This document shows, in pieces, positions 26,572 through 37,405 of a stretch of DNA of 64,000 nucleotides. Where the stretch lies: the IMG/VR virus record IMGVR_UViG_3300012953_000012, positions 1 through 64,000 of that record. One strand, given 5' to 3'. The notes under the pieces were generated by a model that was not told where the DNA came from, made no database searches, and worked only from the letters and a program-made list of their open reading frames with translations. The translations under genes were made by a program, and so were the position numbers. Numbering within the stretch: the stretch's first letter is position 1; every line of letters starts with the position of its first letter. The stretch is from a virus (taxonomy: Duplodnaviria > Caudoviricetes).

Positions 26572-29500
26572 TGGCTATTGCAGAAATCCGAAGTCTCCGA
26601 AACGGCGTTGATCCCGAAGATGGAGTGAGCCGTGATGATCTCGTCATCGGTGACGTAGTCGAAGTCCAGTCCATCAACACAGGGATCCAGTACGCCTGGA
26701 GTATCGCCTTCAAGCCCGAAGGCTCGACGGCAGTCTTCTCTACGACGGGGACGGAGCAGGCGGTATCTCAGAACCCCGGCACGTTCACTGTGGACGTGGA
26801 CGGGCCGTACTTGATCCGGCTCGCATTCACGGATGCGACGGGAACCACCGAGCAGTTTGTCCGGCTCCGGGCGCTCACGGCGTTCGGTGATCTCAAGTTG
26901 GTCGCTGCTGGGGAACGCTACGACACAATGAGTGTCCCCGTGGACCTCGCCTTCGACGGGTGGGCGGACGAGCAAAACTTCAACCTCAACACGCTCCTGA
27001 GCCTGGTGAAGACAACGACCACCTCCGGGCGAGTGGTCTACGTTGACTCCGACGCAGGGGACTACACCACCATCCAGGCGGCCATCGGCTACGCGGTGAG
27101 TCAGGGGCCTACCTCTGCCCAGCAGTGGGTCGTCCTGGTCCGCCCCGGCACCTACACGGAAGACCTGACCTTTGCCCCCTACGTCCATGTCTTTGGCTGG
27201 CCTGGTGGGCGTGAGACCGAGATCGTGAAGGTGCGGAATGCCACCAACGCGGGACACACCATCAACCTTCCGGGTGCGGGAGAGAATGTCGCACTGGCTG
27301 ACATTTCCTTTCAGCAGCCCATCACATCCCCCAACGCCGCGTTCATCCAGACGGGTGCGGGGGCCGTTCGCGTGTTTCGTTGTACGCTGGAAGCACAGGG
27401 GAACACAGGCGAGGTGTGGTCTACTCAGGGGCCGACGTACTTCACGGAGTGTATCGTCAACGGAAACGGGGTCAACCCCACGGACTATGCCCTCCGCACG
27501 ACGAGCCTTCTGGTCCTCAACCATTCATTCGTGAACGGGATGTCCTGTGTCCTCGCAGACACCGGCACCGTCTATGCGAAGGACACCCGCTTCACCCCTA
27601 CCGGCACCTACGCGATCAACTCCAACGCCTCCCTTGTCCGCCTTCAATGGTGTCGGGTCAGTGGTCTGATTGCGGCCAACCCCAGTGGGGCAGGGGCTGT
27701 GGGAGACCTGACCGTCGAGGCTGAGTGGTCTACTCTCCAGGACATCACCATCGACGGCAACGCGGTGGGAGGGACAGCCCAGATTCTGCTCGGCTCGGCT
27801 TCGCACGGCACTGTGACTCCCATCAACGGGGCCACGGTCACAGCGACGGTTCCGTCAGACACCAACTTCTACGACAACACGACGACTGGCTTGACTGCCG
27901 AGAATGTGCAGGCGGCTCTCGATGAGATCTACGCCTACGCGGAGGCTGTCCGCACCCTTGATGACGCCTATGATGGGGGATTGCCCGGCAGCGGCTCCGG
28001 TCGCACCATCGTCGCTGACGCGGGTGCCGTCCAGATCACAGACGGACCCGCACCTTCGGACCCGCCTCCACCCAGCAACACGAACGGCAACCTGAACGTA
28101 GTCGGCGCAGTGAATCTCGGAGCCATCGACAAGCCTGAGATCAACCTCAACCCCAACCCCTTCGACAACGGCCCCATGGTCCTTTTGGGCCATGAGGTCT
28201 GGGCCAACGACGCACCCTACGGCGGCACGGCCTGGATCATGGGCAACGCTACGGGCCTTCCACAGGACCACAACTACAACCTGGTCCTCGGAACCATGTC
28301 CGCCCAGCAGGGCACCACTACCGGGCGTGTGATCCTGATGGGTGGGGACGCGGTGTCTGCCGTGGACGCTGCAACCGTGTTCATCCAGGGCGGTACGGCG
28401 CAGAACGGAGGTGGCGGTGCCGCAGGGGACATCTACCTGGCCCCCGGACAGTCCGCCGCCGGTGCAGCCGGTCAGGTGATCCTCGTGGACCAATCCACAG
28501 GCACAGGCGCGACCCTCACTGCTGCTGGGGCCTTTGTGAACCCCATGGTCGCAAGCACCGTGACCTTCGGGACCAATGAGGGGGCTATCCAAGTCACCTT
28601 CGCAGGCGGTGAGAACCTGGCTGCGGTACAAGCACTGTTCGATGCCACGGGCGTCGTCACGGCAGCCGGTGATCCCATCGTCCTGACCACAGCGGCGAAG
28701 GGGCCGACCGCAGAGATCTACTTCCTGGGCGAGAGCGTGGCTGGGGCAGACACCGCCCTCGGCGGGTTCAACGGACAGGCCATGGTGCCTGGAACCTGGC
28801 CCAGCGCGATGGGCATCGCACTCACTGGACCCGATGAGATCACGTTCGGTGTGGGTGACCCCAACCCGATGGTCTACGACTCCGGCACCGGCAAACTCAC
28901 CGTTCCAGGGTTGATTGACCCCACGGGAATGATCTTCGACGAGGCAGGCAAGCCTCCGACCGGCGCAAACAAGGGTGCCTTCTTCGTGTCGGACACCACG
29001 GGCGGCGGCCTGACCCGGAACAAGCCCTACTACGTCGATGAAAACGGCGTGACCACAGAACTCGGTGGTGGTGGTGGTGGCGGTGGCGACGTGGTGGGTC
29101 CTGCTGCGTCTACCGACGAGGCTCTTGTTCGCTTCGACGGGGCCACTGGCAAGTTGGTCCAGAGCAGCAACGCTTTGCTGGATGACATAGGCAATCTCAC
29201 CCTTGCCGCTGACCTTTCAGTAATCAAAACTGTTACCGGGTCTCCCGCTGGGGATGCTTTCGTTCGGCTGGGTCGTGTGAATGATACGTCGGACTGCTCT
29301 ATCCTCTTCCAATCCGGTGGTGGGACGCAGTGGGTGACGGGTCTTCGGGTTTCAAGCGATGACTACACTATCAGTTCAAACTCCGGTAGTAACCAGCGTC
29401 TGAAGGTTGACACCACGGGAGTGGTGACGTTCAACGACGCCTTTTCCTTCCCCAGCGCGGACGGAGGGGCCAACCAGGTCCTCCAGACAGATGGTGCCGG

Positions 29501-30935
29501 GAGCATCACATGGGCGGCTGTAGGGACGGGCGATGTCACCGGACCTGGTGCCTCCACCGACCATGCTCTGGTCCGCTTCGACCTTCTCACGGGCAAGGTG
29601 CTCCAGAACAGCAACGCCATCCTGGAGGATTCGGGAGACCTCTCTCTGGCGGGCAGCCTGACAGTAGACCCCCCAGCGGCTGGGACGGACGCTTACGGCA
29701 TCTTCGACCGCGTAGACAACACGTCGTCGTCCGCCATCATCCACATGACCGGTGCTACGCCTGACTGGATCACAGGAACGACGGTAGGGAACAGCAACTA
29801 CACGATTGCCGATGGCGGCGGCACAGAGCGTTTCAAGGTGGACCCGACAGGCAGCGTCACGTTCAACAACGTCTTCACGATGCCCAACACGGACGGCATC
29901 GCCAACCAGGTGCTCCAGACGGACGGTGCTGGAGGGGTCACCTGGGCCACTCCCCCATCTTCGGGATGGCCCACCTCTACCGGCACCGATGCCTTGGGCA
30001 TCGACTACGAAATGGCTGAGTTGACCGTAGGCAACGCCTACATCGTGCTCCAGCCTGGCGCTGCTGGACCCATCCAGACCTCCGTGTCTGACGGGGCTAT
30101 TGCTGGAGGCAGCAACCGAGCACCCTACGCGACGGACTGGCAGCGGTTCAGAACCGCTGCCACTCAAGTTGCTTCTGGATCGTACTCCGTCATCGGAGGC
30201 GGGCGGCAGAACGAGGCCAGTGGGTTGGACTCCACAATCAGTGGCGGCCAAGCCAACCAAGCCAACGGCGACCAGAGCGCGATCAGTGGTGGTCAGTTGA
30301 ATGATGCGGACGGCATCCACAGCACCATCAGTGGAGGACTCACGAACGAGATCCTCGCAGCAGCAACCTACGGGACCATCACCGGAGGCCGTGAGAACGC
30401 CCTCCTGGGTCAAGGCAGCGTGGCTATGGGTGTCCGTTCCCGCACCTACAGGACCGGCCAGATGGTTCATGCGAGCGGTTCCTTCACTGGTGCCACACCC
30501 TTCGGGGATGCCCAGCACGGACGCATGGTGTTGCGGACGATCACGAACAACGGCCAGGTCGAACTGAACTCCAACCTGGGCCTCGGAGGGGCGCTCTCAA
30601 ACAACGACTACCTCGACCTCGACAACCAATCTGGCGTTTTCTTCACGTTGCATGTGGTCGCACGGGCTGTGGGCTCCCCCTCTCCTCAAGAGGATGCGTG
30701 GTGGTCCTTAGAGGGTTGCATCGTCAAGGAAAACAGCAACCTCAACACCTTCCTGATTCCTGCCATCGGCCCGACAGCACCCAAGGGAAACCGAGGGGCC
30801 ACTACAATAAACTGGAGGCTTGACGTGGCCGCCGACACCACGAACGGCAGACTCAGGATCGTAGGGGACTCCACCGGATACGTCGGTGATGTTCACTGGG
30901 TCGCCACCCTCCAGACTACGCAGGTGGGCGTCTGA
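26571..30935 (+). CDS. Long tail fibre/spike protein (1454 aa)
   Basis: Pectinesterase-like YTTIQAAI...VRPGTYTE beta-helix start; ENVQAALDEI; 148-aa tandem duplication; C-terminal SxIxGG repeats (YadA-head-like). Confidence 0.75.
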   Translation: MAIAEIRSLRNGVDPEDGVSRDDLVIGDVVEVQSINTGIQYAWSIAFKPEGSTAVFSTTGTEQAVSQNPGTFTVDVDGPYLIRLAFTDATGTTEQFVRLRALTAFGDLKLVAAGERYDTMSVPVDLAFDGWADEQNFNLNTLLSLVKTTTTSGRVVYVDSDAGDYTTIQAAIGYAVSQGPTSAQQWVVLVRPGTYTEDLTFAPYVHVFGWPGGRETEIVKVRNATNAGHTINLPGAGENVALADISFQQPITSPNAAFIQTGAGAVRVFRCTLEAQGNTGEVWSTQGPTYFTECIVNGNGVNPTDYALRTTSLLVLNHSFVNGMSCVLADTGTVYAKDTRFTPTGTYAINSNASLVRLQWCRVSGLIAANPSGAGAVGDLTVEAEWSTLQDITIDGNAVGGTAQILLGSASHGTVTPINGATVTATVPSDTNFYDNTTTGLTAENVQAALDEIYAYAEAVRTLDDAYDGGLPGSGSGRTIVADAGAVQITDGPAPSDPPPPSNTNGNLNVVGAVNLGAIDKPEINLNPNPFDNGPMVLLGHEVWANDAPYGGTAWIMGNATGLPQDHNYNLVLGTMSAQQGTTTGRVILMGGDAVSAVDAATVFIQGGTAQNGGGGAAGDIYLAPGQSAAGAAGQVILVDQSTGTGATLTAAGAFVNPMVASTVTFGTNEGAIQVTFAGGENLAAVQALFDATGVVTAAGDPIVLTTAAKGPTAEIYFLGESVAGADTALGGFNGQAMVPGTWPSAMGIALTGPDEITFGVGDPNPMVYDSGTGKLTVPGLIDPTGMIFDEAGKPPTGANKGAFFVSDTTGGGLTRNKPYYVDENGVTTELGGGGGGGGDVVGPAASTDEALVRFDGATGKLVQSSNALLDDIGNLTLAADLSVIKTVTGSPAGDAFVRLGRVNDTSDCSILFQSGGGTQWVTGLRVSSDDYTISSNSGSNQRLKVDTTGVVTFNDAFSFPSADGGANQVLQTDGAGSITWAAVGTGDVTGPGASTDHALVRFDLLTGKVLQNSNAILEDSGDLSLAGSLTVDPPAAGTDAYGIFDRVDNTSSSAIIHMTGATPDWITGTTVGNSNYTIADGGGTERFKVDPTGSVTFNNVFTMPNTDGIANQVLQTDGAGGVTWATPPSSGWPTSTGTDALGIDYEMAELTVGNAYIVLQPGAAGPIQTSVSDGAIAGGSNRAPYATDWQRFRTAATQVASGSYSVIGGGRQNEASGLDSTISGGQANQANGDQSAISGGQLNDADGIHSTISGGLTNEILAAATYGTITGGRENALLGQGSVAMGVRSRTYRTGQMVHASGSFTGATPFGDAQHGRMVLRTITNNGQVELNSNLGLGGALSNNDYLDLDNQSGVFFTLHVVARAVGSPSPQEDAWWSLEGCIVKENSNLNTFLIPAIGPTAPKGNRGATTINWRLDVAADTTNGRLRIVGDSTGYVGDVHWVATLQTTQVGV

Positions 30936-33900
30936 TGCCAGTCTATCTCCCCGGTCTAACCTTCGGGGGCCTCGGATACGGTGGGGCATCCTATGGGTAC
31001 TCCCCCTACGGATCAGGGGTCTTCCCTCGCCTGCCGGTCCCGGTAGACGGGGGGTACGGCGGCGCTCCTTATGGCCTCGCCTCCTACGGCTCCGTAGACA
31101 TCACGCCGCCGAGGGTGACCGGAGCCACGTCCCTTGACGGCTACCGGGTCGAGATATTCTTCAACGAGGACATGGCCGACAACGCGGCTCTCCGTGATCC
31201 GGCCAACTACACCTTCGCAGAGACGGTCAGTGGAGCCTCGACGTTCGGTGCAGCACTCACGTCGGTGTCAGTGGCGGTGGGAACGCCTTCGGGACTCGGC
31301 TACTCCTCCATCATCGTGACCCACACAGGGTCCACGCTGGGGGGTCAGTACACCGTCACCGTCAACGGGCCGACAGACGTGGCGGGGAACCCGGTCGGCC
31401 CTCCTCCGACGAACAGCGCGGTTTTCTACGCCCTCGGTGACACCACGACCGCAGAGGCGACCCTCCCGTCGCCCGACGACGGGCGCACGGTCCTTCTGGA
31501 CTTCCGTTCGGGAACGGTAGCCAGCCAACTCCAGCCGATGCTCCCTGAGGCGGACTTCAGCCCAGGCGTTGACAGCACCACGTCCTATGGGATCACGACG
31601 ACCTACCCGGTGACCCCAACGCTCGGCTCGGCCACGCAAGATGCCGTGACACCTTCGCGGGTCACACTTGACGTGCATCCAATGACCAGTGCGGTCTACA
31701 ACCTCACGGTCGGACCCAGTGAGGCGTTTGCCTACTCAGGATCCCTGCTCCCGGACGATGACCCAGACTTCACCGGTGCCGAGATCGGCACTGGCTCCAG
31801 CGCCGCGAGCAATACCGGCCTGGTCATGTCGAAGGAGTTTGGGGATCAGTACGGATGGTCCTTTGGTGACTCCACGGGCCGCATGGCTCCCGGCACCACC
31901 TACCGAGCCGAGGTTCGGTACGCCTTGTCCACGACGACCATCACCCCGGCGGTGCTCAACTCCACGTTGGCGACCTTCTCGGTGTCGGACGGTGCAATCC
32001 AGGTAGACATCGCACTGGCTGATGTGGCTGGGGTCAAGGTCATCCAGATCGTGTCGGGAGCCTATACCTCGACGGCATTGGCCAACTGGGACACAACACA
32101 CCCCACCGCCTTGCTCTGATCCGCAATCAGAAGGGCGACTTCTACACGGTCGTGTTTGATGGGGTGCCGCTCAACACCTTCGCGGTCGCTTCGGCTACCG
32201 GGGCAGCGGTCTACGGTGCGGGCACCGCCTTCGTGCTCTCGACGGCCCACAAGGTCTCACTGTTCCGCCTGTCGAACATGGCCTTGTCGTCCAGCCTGAC
32301 CCTTTTCACTTCGGCGTGGAACTTCATCCACGGCCTTCCGGTGTCGTTCACGGGGTCCTCGGTCCTGACCAACGACAAGATCACCACTCGCTATGGACCC
32401 CTCGTCCGAGGTTGGGGTGACGCCACCCCGGCTACGAAGCAAGACGTCACGGTTCGGCTCGATGGTGGTGAGATCGACATCGCTGGGGTCAACCCCTACG
32501 TCGGAGAGATCTACCCGACCTTGCCCATCCCGCTCGCTGCTGCCGGGACGTTCACGGTGGACGTGGACTACATCTGGTTCGCCAACCCGGCGATGGAGAT
32601 GGCGGGCCTCAACACCCGTGGCTTGACCCTCTCAACCTGGGACCGGGCTGTCGGCCACGACGCAGAATCCGTAGCCCCCCTCCCTACAGGCAGCACCGGG
32701 GCGACACGGACCAACCGCTTCCCGATGGGCGTGGCTCTCGGCCCTTACCAACGACCCTCTCCGAAGCGCATCGGGCACAAGTACATCGGCTGGCAGAAGG
32801 ACTACAGCGCCCTCACCAACACACCCACCACGCTGCTTTTGAACCAGGACCCTCATGCCACCTCGGTGGGGGGCCTAAGCGCAGATTCTTTGTCCGGCAG
32901 CGGGGTCTTTGATGGGGTTGGCCTCCCTCCGCAAGCCCCGACTCCGTGGATGCTGGACGGCAGTGATACAGGCTCGGCGGGGCAGGCATTCTACACGTTG
33001 GTGGACGCCTCGTCCGGCCCCTACGGCATCGGCACCGCTGCTTTCTACAAGAGGTTTGAGGACCTCGCCCTGGCTACCCATGTCACGGAGAGCGCACGGT
33101 TCCGCATCGCGGAGCACGTCGCGGATGGGGTCTTCACCGGGGTGGGCCTCGGCCTCCACGATGGTGCTCACCTGGCCTTTGTGGGTGCTCTGGTCGTAGA
33201 CGGGGTCTCGCATGTGGGCATCCTGGCTGATGCCACCATCCCCCATCTGGAGGAAGGTTGGATCATCGGGCCTTCCGCCCTGGCGACCGGGGTCACTCAA
33301 TCAGTAATCCGCATCGCCTACGAGGACTTCCCCACTGGCCTCGGGGCAGGATCACGGTTCCGCATCGCGCAAGGCAACCAGGCCGGGGTGTATACCATCG
33401 CCGACTGCGGTGTTGATCTGGACGTTGACGGCAACGTCCTCCTCACACTCGACAGCCCACTACCCGCCGACATTCAGGGCCTCGGTGACCTGACCTTCGC
33501 CATTCTCTTTGAGGTCAAGTGGGTAGACGAGTTCATCTCACTGCGGATCTCCAGTGTCTTCCCCGCCGGAAGCATGAGCGTCTTCCTGGGTGGGGCTTTG
33601 TCAGGCACCGTGGGGGAGATCCCTGAAGTCGCCCCCTTCCCTGCTCAGACTTCACTGTTGCTCCCAGCCTCCGAGAAAGGAGTCATCTTCTGGGGAAGCC
33701 TCAGTCGCCGGGCGACCTCGACCTCGATCTGGGACCTGGCGCAGTACTCCTCGACCCCACAACTGTTGACCCAGACGGCGCAGGGCATCACGGCGCTGAC
33801 TGAGATGAACGTGATCCCACAGGAGGACCCCAACGACCCCTGGTTCGTCGTCGGTGGGTTCGGCACGGGGATCATCGACGCGACCGGAGACCAACTCCTC

Positions 33901-36372
33901 CTGCGGTCCACCTCGGACGAAAGCCCGATTGACACGCAGTTCTACTACGAGCGCGTCGAGCCGTTCATCAACCCGAAGGTCCGGGTTGATTCCGAGGCCA
34001 CATTCAGTCTGGACTCAGCGGTCCTGGGCGTGGGGTCTGCTGCTCTGCGCGTGCGGGACACGGAACGGCAAGCCGTTGTCGAGACCGTCTGGATCGCCAC
34101 CGGTAACCTGGGACAGCACGCCCTCATCCCCCGTCGCCCACAAGCCTCGCTTTCGGGTCTGCGTTCGCCACCGGATGCTGGATGGACACCAACCTCTCCA
34201 TCCCCGCCACTTGCCAGTGTTTTCGTCCGAGGACAGACCCTGGAGTTGACCAAAACCCGTGATGATGAAGGGGCCTGGACAAAGGCCGCCCAGGAGGCAG
34301 ACGGCGCTGAGGACATTGGGGTGATTCTCAATGCTCGCTTGTCCGTTCAAGAGGCTGCCGTGGGGCTAAAGGGCATCGGCATCGGCTGGGGTGCGGAGGT
34401 ACGCCTCCCCTCATCCAACTTTGAGAAGACCATCTGGGTCTCTCTGGACCAGACGCTCGCCACGAAGGAGGTGGTCCTCCTCGACCGGCTTGAAAACAAA
34501 AGAGCCACCTTCCCGTTTGACTGGTCGGACGGGGAGTACCACGACTACCGGGTGCTCTGTGATCCTGTCGCAGACCTTGTGGTTGTGGTTGTGGATGATG
34601 TGGTGCTCGGAAGCGTGGCCTTTTCGGACTTCTCGTCCGCGATGGTCAGCGACTTCGGCACCTACCTGACAGGCAAGATCGGGTACGTCGGCAAAGGGTC
34701 GTGTAAAGCAACACTCGACTCCCTTTCTGTTGTCCCCCTACGAACCGAAGCCCTCCCCCTCCGACCGGCGCTCATCAAGACCTTCGGCGTCCGTTTGCGT
34801 CTGGGGGTTGATGGGGACATCGACTCCTACCAGTTGCCTCGGACTGACGGAACGGGGGTTCCCAACAGCCACCCTACGGCCACGTTCAAGGAGATGGACT
34901 GGACGGCTCAGTGCCGGGTGAGGATGTTCCTTGATCCCACCTGGGGCGTGTCGGTCTACCGCCCGGATCTGCCGCTGCCTCCAGGGGCCACAGAGGACTT
35001 CGCCACTGAGACCACGGACCCTTCAGCGGCCTGGATCAACGTCGAGTATCGGGATCTGCCTGTCTACAGGCTCCATCACGGCTCGGTCTCCTTCGGTGCG
35101 ATCAATGAGGAGGCCATCAGCCAGCAACGGTGGGACTCGGTACGCTACCGCGTCCGGGGCGGGCCAGAAGGCTTCGGCATCGCACCGCAAGGCATGGTGC
35201 TCAACCGTGCCTTCACGCTGACCAGCGGCGAGTACAACCTCGACGTCACACCCGAGACAGCGACCATCACCTCTCGGACACCCTTCCTGGTCTATGTCCC
35301 CGACAGTGACGTCTACGCGGATCGTGTGTTCGTGGTTCAGGTGGACGGCGCGGTGATCCCACCAGCCGACTACACCTTTGACAAGGCCACCCAGAACCTC
35401 CAGTTCACTTCGTCGGCTCCGCTCCCCTCCAGCCAGCACGAAGTCACGGTCACATTCGCGGTCGGCAAGCCGGTCACTCAGACCTATCTGTGCGGGCAGC
35501 CCATCGACGAGACTGTCACGGTCCTCAACGAGGGCACGCCCCCCATCCCGACAGACCTGGACCAGCCTGCTGACCGCGAAATCGAGAACGGTGGGATCAT
35601 CAACGACCCCGCAGATGTGCTCGACGAAGCCGAGAGCCTGGTGCTCAATGATCCCTACCGGGTCGTCACCTTCACGGACACCGCCGAGAGCATCTACGCT
35701 GACCTCCAGTTTTGCACGACGGAGGACGGGGATTCCGTTCACATCACGCCCGTCTGCGACGGACCTGGACCTGGTCTGGGCCTCTCCCACCTTGAGGTAG
35801 ACGGCCACTTCACGACCAACGCCTTCACGGTCCCAGAGGGGCCTGGAGGACCGTGGAAGGGGTCACCCGCCATCAAGGGGTCGGCCACCCACTTCAACCC
35901 CGCTACGGTGCTCACCGCGAGCGGAGGCAACATCCTGGGGGGCAATCTCGGACCAGGCACGGCGATCCTGTACCCCAACCAGCGGGGACCATCCGGGAAG
36001 CCCCCGGCTGGAGGCATGGGGATCAATCAGGACTTTGCCCTCCGTCTGGAGGACGTGACCCCACGCACGGAAGACCTGAGCATCGACACCACGATGGGGG
36101 ACAACGTGCCCCCGACCTTTGCAGACCCGGTGCCCAGCAACCCGGACGGTGTCCCTACACCAAACGGCAACGGGGCAGTCGCCTACAAGATGGTGGACTA
36201 CGCCACGGTTACTGCATCACGGCTCGGTCCCTGGGGCGGCTTGACTGCACTGGAGACCCGGTCCTTGCTGGCCGGGGGCGCACCCCTCAACGGCTCCGAG
36301 TTCATCCTGGAGGGCGGCACCCAGATTCCAGGCCCCGTTGTCACCGAGGGGTACATCAGGGCAGCCAACTGA
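30935..36372 (+). CDS. Large baseplate/tail structural protein split by a frameshift near 32100 (ORFs 30935-32119 and 32152-36372)
   Basis: The downstream frame is open and protein-like from at least 32101 (PHRLALIRNQKGDFYTVVFDG), overlapping the upstream ORF end. No clear RBS before GTG 32152. Adding one base gives a single ~1812-aa ORF. Confidence 0.7.
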
Positions 36373-36387
36373 CAATACCGCCTCTAT
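36373..36387 (+). promoter_or_regulatory. Putative late promoter motif CAAT-N7-CTAT
   Basis: caat accgcct ctat immediately after stop 36372; upstream of 36423. Confidence 0.5.
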
Positions 36388-36422
36388 CTCCGTGATCCTG
36401 TGAAGAGAGCGGAGACTTTCAC

Positions 36423-37274
36423 ATGGCCTGGGTAGAACAGTATTGGTGGAAGTTCCGCCACCGGGTATCGACCCTATGGGGGCGCTGCATAGAGGTCGTG
36501 ATTACCTTTTTCAACTTCATCCGCACGGACAAGGTAGGGCTCGTCGCCCCTACGATTCTGTTTATGGCCATCAGCCATGGATTCTTCTGGTCCACAGTCG
36601 TATTCCTCAATGACTGGACGACCTCGTGGTACGACGAGCGGCACCCGTCTCTCACCACGTCGGTCAGCGTGTGCATCGAAAGTCTCCCCAACGGTGTCTG
36701 TGCCAGGCTCGTGGAGCACCTGACTCTGGTCCAGAGCCGGGCACACCACCACTACGAGATCAGCCGGACCTTCCAGTCCTACCAGTTCGGGTTCCTGAGC
36801 ACATCCTTTTGGGCGGGCACCCTGCTGGCTCTGGGCATCTTCACGGTGGTTCGCAAGGGTTTCGATGACCTCGGATCATGGGGCAAGGGAATGCTGATGG
36901 GTTTGCTATGTGCGGCGGCTTTCTTTGGCGGCTTCCCGGCGCTCGTGAGCATCGACGACAACATCAAGGACAACCTCGACGGCTACAACGCTTACGACGG
37001 CATCGCCGCCGAGATCAGGACGTACATGCGGACGGGTGAGAGCGTCACCGGCAACCATGTGGACGGGGCCTCGTTCCTCCACAAGATCGACATGATGATC
37101 TCGGACCTCGATGCCCCCCGGATCCAACTCGACGCGACCCAGATGGACCTCGGCAAGAGCAGATTTCTGGAGTTGAGCCAGGAGATGGAGAGTGGGGTCA
37201 CGGCCCCCGATGCTCCAACGCCTCGCGTTATCCCGCCTATACCTTCTGAAGGGGTGGACGAGAGCACCCCATGA
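36423..37274 (+). CDS. Integral membrane protein (SLATT-like topology)
   Basis: One N-terminal and two central TM helices flanked by helical segments; GGAGA RBS. Confidence 0.7.
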   Translation: MAWVEQYWWKFRHRVSTLWGRCIEVVITFFNFIRTDKVGLVAPTILFMAISHGFFWSTVVFLNDWTTSWYDERHPSLTTSVSVCIESLPNGVCARLVEHLTLVQSRAHHHYEISRTFQSYQFGFLSTSFWAGTLLALGIFTVVRKGFDDLGSWGKGMLMGLLCAAAFFGGFPALVSIDDNIKDNLDGYNAYDGIAAEIRTYMRTGESVTGNHVDGASFLHKIDMMISDLDAPRIQLDATQMDLGKSRFLELSQEMESGVTAPDAPTPRVIPPIPSEGVDESTP

Positions 37275-37405
37275 ACAACGTGATCCCATTCCCGACACCC
37301 GAGACTGTCCTCACCGACGAGGACGTGCGCTGGGTGCTGGGTGACCACACACCACAGGCCGAGATCACCGCCGGGGACTCGGAAGCCTTCTGGAGTCAAA
37401 CATGA
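37271..37405 (+). CDS. Small hypothetical protein (44 aa), absent from the ORF track
   Basis: ATGA-coupled at both ends; MNNVIPFPTPETVLTDEDVRW... Confidence 0.6.
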   Translation: MNNVIPFPTPETVLTDEDVRWVLGDHTPQAEITAGDSEAFWSQT

